Source: Vicugna vicugna
Lineage: Eukaryota
Direction of reading: 5' to 3'
Length of the DNA: 64,000 nt
Assembly: GCA_013265495.1 (NCBI GenBank)
Contig: MU058337.1
Span: 7,050,716-7,114,715 of the forward strand
Part shown: in pieces, positions 36,866-47,644 of the stretch
Layout: every line of letters starts with the position of its first letter
Numbering within the stretch: position 1 is the stretch's first letter
The notes under the pieces: model-generated
Databases searched by the model: none
What the model was told of the DNA's origin: nothing
Seen by the model: only the letters and a program-made list of their open reading frames with translations
Program-made: the position numbers and the translations under genes

Positions 36866-37249
36866 AAGCTCCTTACATAGGTGGACTGAGGACAATTACG
36901 CAGCTCAGAACAACACACGTGGTTTCTACTGCGACTTCTGAGGCAAACGTACAGTAAACGTTCAAACCCTCAGTCGTCAGACAGTCATGTCCATCCTGGG
37001 TCTCTCTTCTGTGTCGCTCAGACCACCCATCAGGGTACAGAGAGCAGCACAATATGGAGCCTCCTTTGCATTTGATCATTTTCTCCAGTTTTAGAGGGAC
37101 CTTCCAGAGAATTTCTGAAAACCAGAAGGGGCTAGTGGTATATGTAAGAGCGTATTGAATGTGTCACTGTAAATGGGTTTAAATAAAGCAATGTGTCAAA
37201 AATAATTTTATCTTCACGCTTCCCTAATATTCTTTCTTCCTGTCCGCAG

Positions 37250-37297
37250 GGTCTGCTTGCACCAGTTCCAGTACATGGGGAAGCGCTACATAGCCAG
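37250..37297 (+). CDS. DOCK9: DOCK9 exon: VCLHQFQYMGKRYIA(R/S)
   Basis: ccgcag| … |gtaccg; 48 nt, phase 2/2. Confidence 0.95.
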
Positions 37298-39861
37298 GTA
37301 CCGTGGGGGGTTTCGCTTAAAGTGTTGTGTCCTTCTCTGTGTTACTTGGATCTGAAAATGGGGAAATTGTCATCTCTGGTGATTGGCAGTTCAAATTCTC
37401 ATAAGCAGCCACAAAGACAGTTGGCAGGTCTTTGGATGGCTGCCATGAAATCTGGTAGCATCTTCCACCCACGTTCCTGCGTTCCTTCTGTCTCGTTATG
37501 TCTCAGGCATGTCTCTGGGAAAGATCTTCCTCTGTGGCCTGTTGCTGCACTTCTGCACTTCCTTCCAAATTCTCCCTCGTCATCTGTTCCTTCTGTCTCC
37601 TCTTTCTCTTCTCCCAGTTCCTCTGGATGCATCTTCTCACTCTTTTTTTCCCTTCCTCTGATTTCTCTTCCCCTGTTTCCCTTTCAAAGGTCCTTTTTTA
37701 CCCTTCCACCTCCCAGCGACAAAGATACTCATTCTCATCCAACCACTTTCCCTCATTCTTAATGAAAAAATGAGGGACTTCCACAAAAACCATCTCTAGA
37801 AGTGAGCTTCTCTTTTCTGAATAAGCTGTCTGAGCCCTATGTTGTTACCTGACCAGAACTCTTTGTAGTATCATGAACACTCACTGCCCCGTCCCAGCCC
37901 AGACTCTCAGTTCGGCTCTAAGTTTGAGGTGAGCTGGACACTCATCACTGATGGGCAGCCAAGCATCCTCCTCTTCAGGTGCCCCTCAGAGCACGTTTTG
38001 TCCTTACCCAGTCCTCACTCCTGCCCTGTCGCCATGCACTGTGTCTGTGTTTGTCTTTTGTGTTGTGTATTCCGTGGTAACGTATTCACAGGGTCTTGGT
38101 CTAAGTATCCTAATTTTCTGTTGTTACTCTTTTTAAAGTTTAATTATAAGTAAACATATTTATGTTTTAAGAAAAATTTTAACATTAATTATCATTGAGA
38201 TTTTCCTCTCATCTATAATTCTATTTTACAGCAGTGAAATAGGGAAGAGATTTTTAATAGACTAGACTTTGCTTTTGTATATTGACATTGTTCTTTTCTT
38301 GGAATATTTGAGAAATTTTCAGAATTATGTTCTGTGTTAAAGAAAAGTATATTTTTTTTTCCTAAAGAGAGCAAATTCAGAGAATGTTTTGCGCTTTCCT
38401 CCTATTAATGTGTTCTATTTTTAGTTGAAATGTGGTGGCACTTAACGTTCTCTAATCTTAACTCTTCTTTTGGTCATAACAGTAATTTTTGCATTTGAGT
38501 TTTTGAAGTACCAAATGCAAGTATATACAAGGTGCCCCTATACAGTAACCTCCTTATGCAATAACTTTATTCCTTTGGACTTTGTCCTATAAAGATGGGC
38601 AAACAGCATATTTGTAACAGAATGACAGTGTGCTGGGGGAGCTTCACACCCTCTTGCAGTAACTGTCACCTGTGTTACAAGGTAGCATTTGGAAAACATT
38701 GTGCAAATAGGAGAAAATGCGTCAGAGCTGAACGTGGTGAATGTGGGAAGCTGAAGATTTCTACCCCAACAAACTATTTTGGAATTGGGTTTTGTGAAAT
38801 AGTTAATTTATTTTTTCAGTGGCTATAAATTTAATTTTTTTAAAGAAAAATCTTCCAACTTCCTAAGCACCCTGTATATATTTGTGTATAAAAGTATGCT
38901 TCCTTGGACTGTCTTAAAAACGAGTGGGCATAGGAGGGTGGGGGTAGGGGATGGCGTGACTTTGTAACATGCACAATGGAAAGATGTGCCCTGTTCTGTC
39001 GAAAATTGCCATGGTCTCTGCCGCATGTGAAGCAGACCTTGGGCGGTGATTTAGATGTTGTCAGTGCTGGCCCTCCGTGGCGGTCCAGTTCTGTGAATAC
39101 TGTGCCTTCTCATTGTGTCACTTTGGAATCACCCAGCAGCATGCTGCCCGATGATATTCCATGCATGCCCTGTCCTACTCCACACAATAACACAGTGAGG
39201 GAGACGGCTGGCTACGGGACGGGGGCAGGTGTCATTCCAGCACTGGTCTCATTTGTCATCTGCTCTGGTGATGGTACACAGTAGGAAGTTAGCTGTTTGA
39301 TTGCTAACCCAGATCACTTTTCTGTTTCCTCACTTGACTGCTGACAAGTCTAACAAAGGGTGTGGCTCTTCTCCTTCTTGCCTGGGTAAGAATCAAGGTG
39401 TCAAACCGCCTCATGACATCCCTCCTGTTGCATGTTTGTTCTCTGTTTCTTCCAGCACAGTATTTAATTTAAAAAAAATTGGCTCTTTAATAACATATAT
39501 AATCTGAAAAGATCCGTGGTGTTTTGGCAGTTATCTGAATGCTAACTTTTAACGCCACTTTGGACTGATGCTCAGTTTTTTGAAAAGCAGCATCTCTAAA
39601 GGACTTTCCAAAACTGAAAAAGTCTCTGCTTTGGCCTGGTTTTTTGCTCCTTCGTCTTCAGGTGCTTTGCCGTGAATTGTGTAAGCGCTGCTGCCTGTGT
39701 GTGTGTCTCTGGCTCACGTGGCCCCAAACAGGCTCCACTGCGCTTGGTCTGCACGTGGCCAGTGTCCTTCGTGCTGTATCCTGGCTTCACTAATGCTCCC
39801 TGTCTCGCTGCAGTGTAACAAGTCTAACTTTTGCTTCTATCCCATTTCACTCATGTTGCAG

Positions 39862-39998
39862 GAACCAGGAGGGGTTGGGACCCATAGTTCATGATCGAAA
39901 ATCTCAGACATTGCCTGTTTCCCGTAACAGAACAGGAATGATGCATGCCAGATTGCAGCAGCTGGGCAGCCTGGATAACTCTCTCACTTTTAACCACA
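39862..39998 (+). CDS. DOCK9: DOCK9 mutually exclusive exon 'a': [45 protein letters not shown] (alternative acceptor at 39931)
   Basis: ttgcag| … |gtaagt; 137 nt, phase 2 to 1; a second in-frame acceptor cccgtaacag| lies 69 nt downstream. Confidence 0.92.
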
Positions 39999-40545
39999 GT
40001 AAGTCCCATGACACACCATCGTAACAGCCAGCCATCTCATGTGACAGCTCAGAGGGGAGAGCCCTAGGCCACAGCACACCACATCACCAACTCGACTTTT
40101 CTTCCAGCTTAGAGCAGTAGGATGAAGAGCTCGTGGCGCAGTTCCCTTCCTTGGAGGAGAATGACATAATGTGGCACGTGGTCAACTACGGCACCAGACC
40201 TGAAAGCCTGGCCCCTTTGCCCCAGCCCCTCTCCTGGGTGTTTTTAAAACAAAATCTGGCCTGTGTAATAGCCAAACATTCTCTGACTTTTTAAAGTTAA
40301 TATTTGGATTCACTGCCAGTAGCTGACTTATGGTCGGTTTCCCCCTGAAGCCCCAGAGAACGTCTGGGGCAGGTTTCTCCCGCCCTTCCAATCCCATGCG
40401 TGTAATTGATCAAGCGTGCACATTCTGACATTCCAGCCCTGAATGTATGTGAATACTTAAACTGCTCTGAAAATGTAAAGCCCGCGAATCATCGTGTGAG
40501 GGTGTGGAAAAGCCAATAACAAAGTGACTTTTTCTGTGTTTTCAG

Positions 40546-40589
40546 TGTGAGAAAGATATCAAGTGTGCTTGGAATTTCTGTAGACAATG
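40546..40589 (+). CDS. DOCK9: DOCK9 mutually exclusive exon 'b' (44 nt): (S)VRKISSVLGISVDN(G)
   Basis: ttttcag| … ATG|gtaaga; phase 2 to 1, same as exon 39862-39998; open only when joined to 37297. Confidence 0.8.
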
Positions 40590-43500
40590 GTAAGATTTAA
40601 TCAGGTTGAAGTCTGCTTACGAGGCCGCTTCACTTGCAAACCGAGACCTCTTTGTTCATCTCGCCTTCCTAACTTTGGGGCTTCCTAACTTCACCATAGA
40701 GACTCTGCCAACATGTGGGAGCATATCTTTAATTTACTTTTATCAATTGCCAGAGGGGACATAGCATCATGTGCTGTTTCTAGAAATCTGAGTGTTTAAT
40801 CTTCTTAAGGGTTTCTCAAAGCAGAAAACCTAAAAAGTGTCAACCATGCAATGCTTTAAAAACTAATGTGATCATTTCTATCAGTGGTGTGTTCTCTGAA
40901 TTGTCTCATCTTCTCTCCAAGCATGATATAGCTAGTTATTGTTAAGTTTTAGACAATTGTTTCTACTATCCCAAGTAATGTCTTTAATACATGGTTATTA
41001 ATACCTTCTCATCATTTCTAATCTTAAGAATTCATTCCATTCACTGTGATTTCCATACCTATTTCTTAATATAGGCTAGGAGTAAAGACAATATTCCCAG
41101 CTCCTTAAATTGATAATAGTTCAAAGTAAGAAGGCTGAGGAATCAAAATACAACAGCTCCTTACCTGCCCACCCCAACAAAGTTAAATGTAATGGATATA
41201 GTCTCTATAAAATTCCAGGCTTACTTTAAATCAGTAAGTTGTCAGTCTTCCATGCACCAAATTGGTAGCCTTCAAATGCTAGTTCTGGGTTCTATGTTTA
41301 GCTGTAGAATGTACATTAGGGACACATCTAAGGCTACAATACTTGATTTTTCCACATCTTGTCCATTAGGGCTTTTTTAGCTCTGTAGACAATGGGTTGA
41401 AACAAACAAAGCAAGGAGTTTCATTATTTTTAGTTTTCATTTCCTATTTAGCAAAGAGAAATGAAACCTCCACTATTCTGCAGGACCTGCTACACTGCCT
41501 TTGCCCAGATAATTTATAACACAGCGCCTGCCTCACCATCAGTTGAAATAAGTGCTTAAAATTTAAAACACTTTAAAAGAAAAATCATAAGCAGACCAAG
41601 GCCCCGCCTCCAAAGATAATCATTTAGGAAACATAGAAAACAAAAATAAAATGAATAATCAGCACATGAATAAATAACCTTCATCCAGTAAGATATGCAG
41701 CAGCTCCTCCCACTGCAAATGCTTGAACTATAGGAGAGAGACAGCTGGCTGTGTTACGCTGCCAAAAACCATACTGTGAACACAGCTGATTTCCATTCTC
41801 TCTTGCTGCTACCCGCAGAGAACCCCATCCTGCCCGCCCCCCTCCTCATCCACCCTGAATTTTTTTCTTTAGTCAGTTTTCAGTGACACCACCCTCAAAG
41901 TTTCTCCTTCCGCCTTCCCAGTCAACAGTTTATAGCTGATTATTTTAGCCTCCTTCTTCGTGCCTCCAATTCCTGCTCATCCCAGACAGTTCCTGATGTC
42001 TCCGAGTCCTGCACCTTAGAACTCAGTCTTCGCTTACATCTCTAATTCTGATTCTGTATTTGGGTGGCTTCAGCCTCTGCCTCCATTAGCTTTTTGAGCT
42101 CCAAATGGTCACCTTGGCTGAAAGCCACAGAGAAGGGAGTGTTTACTGTATGTATACATGTGTATGTGCGTGCACATGTATATGTATATATACAGACATG
42201 GGTCTTTACATCGGTACCTAGGTAATTTATGGGAAATTTGTAAAACCCCCCCAAAATAACTCCTGTTTAACAATTAATACAGTACCTTCTGTTGGGCCAA
42301 CCAATGTGACATAGATCCAATATGTGAGAGACTTCCTGGAATGCCAGGGTCTAAAACGAATTTATTTTAGAAAGAATGAAAATAGGAAGAATCCCTTATA
42401 CAACTTGAATTTTTCATTTCCTATTTCTCCGAGTAGGAAAGGCTTTGTGAGACCTCAGTTGACCAGCAGGGAGCAGCAGAGAACTACGAGGAATTTAAGC
42501 CAATGCAGACAAAGCTGCAGGGTCCCCCGTCACCTGTTAAGAGTAGGATGGGGAAAAGTCACCATAGACACCACACGTGTACCTCTAGCAGGGACTTACC
42601 CTTACTCTTGGATTTTTATAGGAAATAATGAAAATGACCAATTTCACTGGGGCCAGTGGTCTTAACTATTTTAAAAGCACTCAAAGGATAGAAGTTGTTG
42701 GGTTCATTGCCCAGGTTTATAAAAAGTCAATGTTTACAACATTAAGGCATTGACCTATTTACTGCAGCATGTACTCATTGTGTGTTTATAGAAAAGACTT
42801 GTGCCAAATGGCAAATTGAGAGTGAGAGGTGCTGGTAGAATATTTTATACAAACCAGATGAGGAGAAAACTAAATGAAACATGTTTGCAAATAGGTGACA
42901 CATTTGCAAAAAGTATAAAATAACACTTTGTATTTACTTTAATGCTATGTATTGTTCTAGGAATGTATTAAATTCACTTGCATGATAATCCATATTTCCC
43001 ATTGGTGTGATGGGAGAAAAGCCAAGAGTCAAGAGGTAGAAACCCTCGAAGAAAACCTGTATTTCATATAAGTCATTATAGAGATGGTTTAAGATCACTG
43101 GATTAAGTTACAGGTGAATATGGGAAAGCATCTTCTACCTGGGCTACCCATGAGCTAGCGTGGGTACCAGCAGCTGGAGATGTGAAAATAGAGACTAGGG
43201 GATATTGTCCAGGTTACTTAAGCATCATATGAGGAGCTGGGCAAGATGGCTTGTTAAGACCCCATCTAACTCTGAAGTTCTTTGATATTTATGAATCATA
43301 AGTAAGAAAATGAATATAGGTGATAATTAAATTCCTTTACTCTACATAATGTTGAATCAATGTGAAAAATGCAGGGAAGACATATATTCTCTGAAGTAAA
43401 ATGAATATTTTTTCAAAAGTTTTCAAGCATGGAGAATGTATTTTTTAAAGTAAGTAAAAGAGAATTACATGCTTTAAATGTCTATACTCAAGATAGTAAA

Positions 43501-46035
43501 TAAAATGTTTGTTTCTAAAGCCATTGTTTCCTTGATTTTGAGACATGTTTCCTTGGCTTACAGATACATTTTTGCACATTTGCGAGCATTTCTGAAAGCA
43601 AGATATATTTTACAGTTTTATCAGATCCTTAACAAGTATATCTGGCACATTACATCTAATATGGTAGTCTGTCATTGACTGGTGCTTCTTGCAATTGATA
43701 GGGTCTCAAAATTTAGAAAATCTGGCACAAGGCCCAGTTAAAAAGTCAGTCATTCTTTATTCTTTTCAATATCTTTAAAGAGAACATTAAACTAAAATGT
43801 ATGGTATGCTTAAACCAAGTGTTTTCACAGATTGGAGATCTATATCCTATAGTAGGTATCATTTTCAGACACAGCTAAACATTAGTTGAGGTATTCTACA
43901 GAGAATAGAAAGCAGATAGCATGGCCATTTCCTCGAGTGTAGACTCTGAGATCATAGACTAGTTCCACAAATCATTTTGAGCATGTTTGTTTTCTCAGTG
44001 TGTGAATCAGCGGACAGACAACAAATTATGTGAGTTTTGTCTTGGAATGTTATTCCTTATTCTCTTCTCCACTCCTTGCCCACCTGTGAGGAAAACCTTT
44101 TTTGCAATAAAAATGAGATGGAGATCAATAATAGATTGTGTAGTGGTTGATCTGGTTGATATTTTGCATAAATATATGCAATTAGTAAAAGCTATAGACC
44201 ATGAGTTAATATATATTGGAGGCTAGGTTTACTACATTTGGCAAGAAGATTCCTTGCCATTCAATATTTATTTTTTTTGTAAAATGTATGATTTTTCTGG
44301 ATTCATATTATGGGCCAGAGTAAAAAATTAAAAACAAGAATTCTGATTCCATGACAGGTGAAGGCAGCTTTCGAGATGAAAGTGTGCCTCCTGTGAGAAC
44401 ATCTGAGATGTTCTTCTAGCCCTAAATGTCCTCTGACATTTAGAAAAGGCGAGTGGCTGTGGATTGGGCTTCTGTCCTTCCCAGTGAGGGAGGGATGGTT
44501 TACAGTTATAGTCAGCGTCTCTAAACCAAGCTGTTCAGGAAACAGGAATTTATAAAATGGAGTAAGTTTAGTTAAGGCTAAACATAGCAGGTGACATTAG
44601 AGGGAGAAAAAAAAGTCTCACCCGTGGCCTTTGAGTGTTTAAAAGATTGGGGGATTTTAGAATAAATCACTTATCAGAGTGACAACAGAATGAAAGTTGT
44701 ATCCATGTGAGCAGTGAACCCTGAGGACTCTAAAGCAAGCCATGACATGCCTGCTAGAGACTGCACATCAGGGAAGCCCTTCCCCACCCGGACCAGCCTC
44801 AGTGAAGCCCATTAGTGCCTGTGCCCCGCCCCAAGGCACCACTGCCCACTAGAGGAAGTCAGTAGGGTTAACAGCACTCCTTGCTGGCCTGTATCAGAAT
44901 CTGCTTATTCACCTTAAAAAGTTGCTGATCGATGCTTAGAGAACTTACTTACTGTGTCTCTAAAGACCCCCTTCTTGGGATTGCCAGCTCAGTTTCATTT
45001 TCCTGTGTTGGCTTGTTACAAGGTGACCACTGATTAGAGTTCCAGGCCTTGAGACAGACAGGCCTGACCCCCTGGTGGGTGTCCCCAGGCAAATTGTCCA
45101 TGCAGTCTCTGTCCTCGAAAAGCGACTTATAACGAATTGTGGCTAAAAGGACTATTTCTTTTACTCCTATATGATTCAGACACAGGCAGACAGATTTCTA
45201 AATTAATCTCTTATTCTAAAAGAAATTAGATAGTGTAATGGCTTGTGGGTAGGTGGTGTAGTAGCTTAGAGAAATTTTGTCATTCGTTAGCATGGCCCAT
45301 TGATTGTATATGTTTTAAAAATAGCACATTGAAAAATTTCAGTTCTTGAATTGTTCCAGAATTTCAGCCAAGTGTAAGTAAATTCTGAGGAAGTTCTTCA
45401 TTGTATAGGCCATCACATCTGTAGTGATCACACCTGCAGACACTTATCCAGTGGGTTGTCTAGAAAGAAAAGGATAGTTCTGTGCAGAAAAAAAACAATT
45501 AATATCATCACCAAAGCAAGTGCTTTGTTCTAGTTTAACCCAGACTATCAAATTTCATTTGAGGTAAATGGCAGCTCTCAATATAGGGTCCTTTTGACCT
45601 GTGTGATAATTTTGGTTGGTCTGATAAAAGGTGTTGTATTTTGAGGGGTGGGTTTTTTTTTTTTTTGTCCTTTCTTGCCCTGGTCTGTGATTACTGTAAC
45701 AATAAGCATCCATCTGTTTGTTTCCTTGTTTCGAGGACTCTGTATATCACCAAACTGCCAAATGAGGAAATGCCTTTGTTCAAATGCCTTGCCAAATGAA
45801 CAAAAACGGTTCAGTGAATATTAGTACCAAAAAAAACCTATCTTTCTTTTTGCTAAATTCCTTACCCCCAAAAAAGCAGAAATAAAGAGAAAACATAACT
45901 AGCATTGTGCTAGATGTGTTTGTTACATAGCCTCAGTAAGGACACAGTTACTCTGCCGAAGTGTGAAAATAATGCAGGCCACTCAAAACCCCTGTTTCAA
46001 AAGCAAAACAAAGTTGGATGAAAGCGCCTAATAGT

Positions 46036-46070
46036 GTTTTGTTTTGTTTTGTTTTGTTTTGTTTTGTTTT
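46036..46070 (+). repeat. (GTTTT)7 pentanucleotide microsatellite
   Basis: read directly. Confidence 0.9.
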
Positions 46071-46779
46071 TGATCATACTTTAAAGAGCAATTCGGCCTT
46101 TTTTTAAAAAGCTTTTTGTAGCCTTTCAAAAACCATTCTCTAACTCTGACATTTACTAAAGTCAGAATAACATCATACTAGTTACTTTATTTTATCTTAA
46201 CAATAGGGATTATGGTACAGTGACCTGGATAAGGAATTTGGAGTGTAGTTTCTATTTTTTCCCCCATTACTGGCCTCAAGAAAATTCTCTAGGTTTTCTG
46301 TACTTCATTTTCCTGATCTTTGTACGAAATGTCCTTCTCTCTGGAGTATTAAGAAAATTACCTACACAGTAAGTGTGGATTTGTTTTTGCTCCATGGAGA
46401 AAGACATTACATGATGTTTTATTATACTGCCGTCTTTCTTTGTAATCTAGATCAATACTGTAACATCTTTGCATCTCTATATATATTTCTGCTAATGCAT
46501 ACCATTTCATAATTTAATATCTCAAATTGTATGTCAAACTATATTTTGTCAGTACTAAATTGATTTTATAGCCACATACAGAAGGTATCAAGTTTGTATT
46601 TAAATTATGATTCTTCAAGTTCTTTCCTTTTCTTGAACATTTCTTTCAGACATAGTGGCTTTTATGCTTTTTGTTAAAGCAAGTAGAATACCATTCACAG
46701 TGCAGTCAACTCTTGGTTATCACTTCTGATTCTTACTGATAATACAGATCTTAAGTTATCAGCTTAAGACTTCTGCAGC

Positions 46780-47290
46780 ATTCACTCTGTGCCAGGCACT
46801 ATTCTAAGGGCTTCACAACGACGAATAAATTTAATACTCACACAACCCTTTGAGGTAGAAACTGTTGTTATCCCCATTCTACAGGTGAGAAAACTGAGGT
46901 ATACAAAGGTCGAGGAACTTGCCCAGGGTCACACAGCCAGTAAGGGGCGGAGCTGGATTCAGTGACCAGCAGCCTGACCCTCGGCTCATTTTCTTTCCCT
47001 GGGCTGTGCTGCCGCCCTTCAGTGTGGAGGCTCCAGAGCTCTGTCTCCTTCACCACTTCCCCATCCTAGCAGCTCAGTCGGGTGGCTCCTTTGATGGGCT
47101 CTGGCCCCAGGTGCCTGTCCTGCTCCCCCATTTACTAACTGTGTGACCTAAGACAAGCTGTCCAGCCTTTCTGTGCCTCCATCTCCTCATCTGCAGAAAG
47201 GGTTTAAATAACAAATGTACTTCATCAGGCTGTCGAGTATTTAAATGAAATGATACACATGAAGCTCATAGAATCATGGCTGGTGCATTG
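46780..47290. mobile_element. Two MIR SINE fragments in opposite orientations
   Basis: ccccattctacaggtgagaaaactgaggt…ttgcccagggtcacacagc, then ctgtgtgacctaagacaag…tctgtgcctccatctcctcatctgc; further MIR-like pieces near 1750-1970, 9310-9530, 17780-17990, 27090-27290 and 50130-50310. Confidence 0.7.
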
Positions 47291-47528
47291 CAGACGCACA
47301 ATGGTTACTACTCTGACTTCTCTTCCAGAGTCGTAAAGGAGTTGTCATTGAATGGAAACATTATTACTGAACCCTTCCCGCCACCCCCCTCAAAAAAGAC
47401 AAAAACGGGCAGATAAGGCCCTGAAGGAAGCCTTCTGGAAATAATCAAAAGTTGACTGTGACTCTGCTGTCCTGCCAGCCTGCCTTCTGCAGCTGCTAGC
47501 AGTGACCTTGTGCTATGATTTCCTGCAG

Positions 47529-47644
47529 GCTATGGCCACTCGGACGCAGACGTGCTCCACCAGTCGTTACTTGAAGCCAATATTGCCACTGAGGTGTGCC
47601 TCACAGCTCTGGACACCCTCTCTCTATTCACCCTGGCGTTTAAG
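47529..47644 (+). CDS. DOCK9: DOCK9 exon: [38 protein letters not shown]
   Basis: ctgcag| … |gtttgt; 116 nt, phase 1 to 0. Confidence 0.95.

Noticed and set aside
37193..37773. 189-aa ORF
   Set aside because: It is out of frame with the 48-nt DOCK9 exon and is extended by a pyrimidine-rich tract that lacks stops.
38092..38104. Possible tiny terminal or poison exon (cacag|GGTCTTGGTCTAA, giving RVLV-stop) followed by a U12-like gtatcct
   Set aside because: No nearby canonical poly(A) signal, imperfect U12 donor and no matching U12 branch site; too weak without conservation data.
39456..39680. Acceptor-like sites at 39455 (ttccag|caca|gtattt) and 39661 (ttcag|19 nt|gtaagc) as microexons
   Set aside because: Lengths of 4 and 19 nt break the frame with every exon combination I tried that stays open; at most decoy sites.
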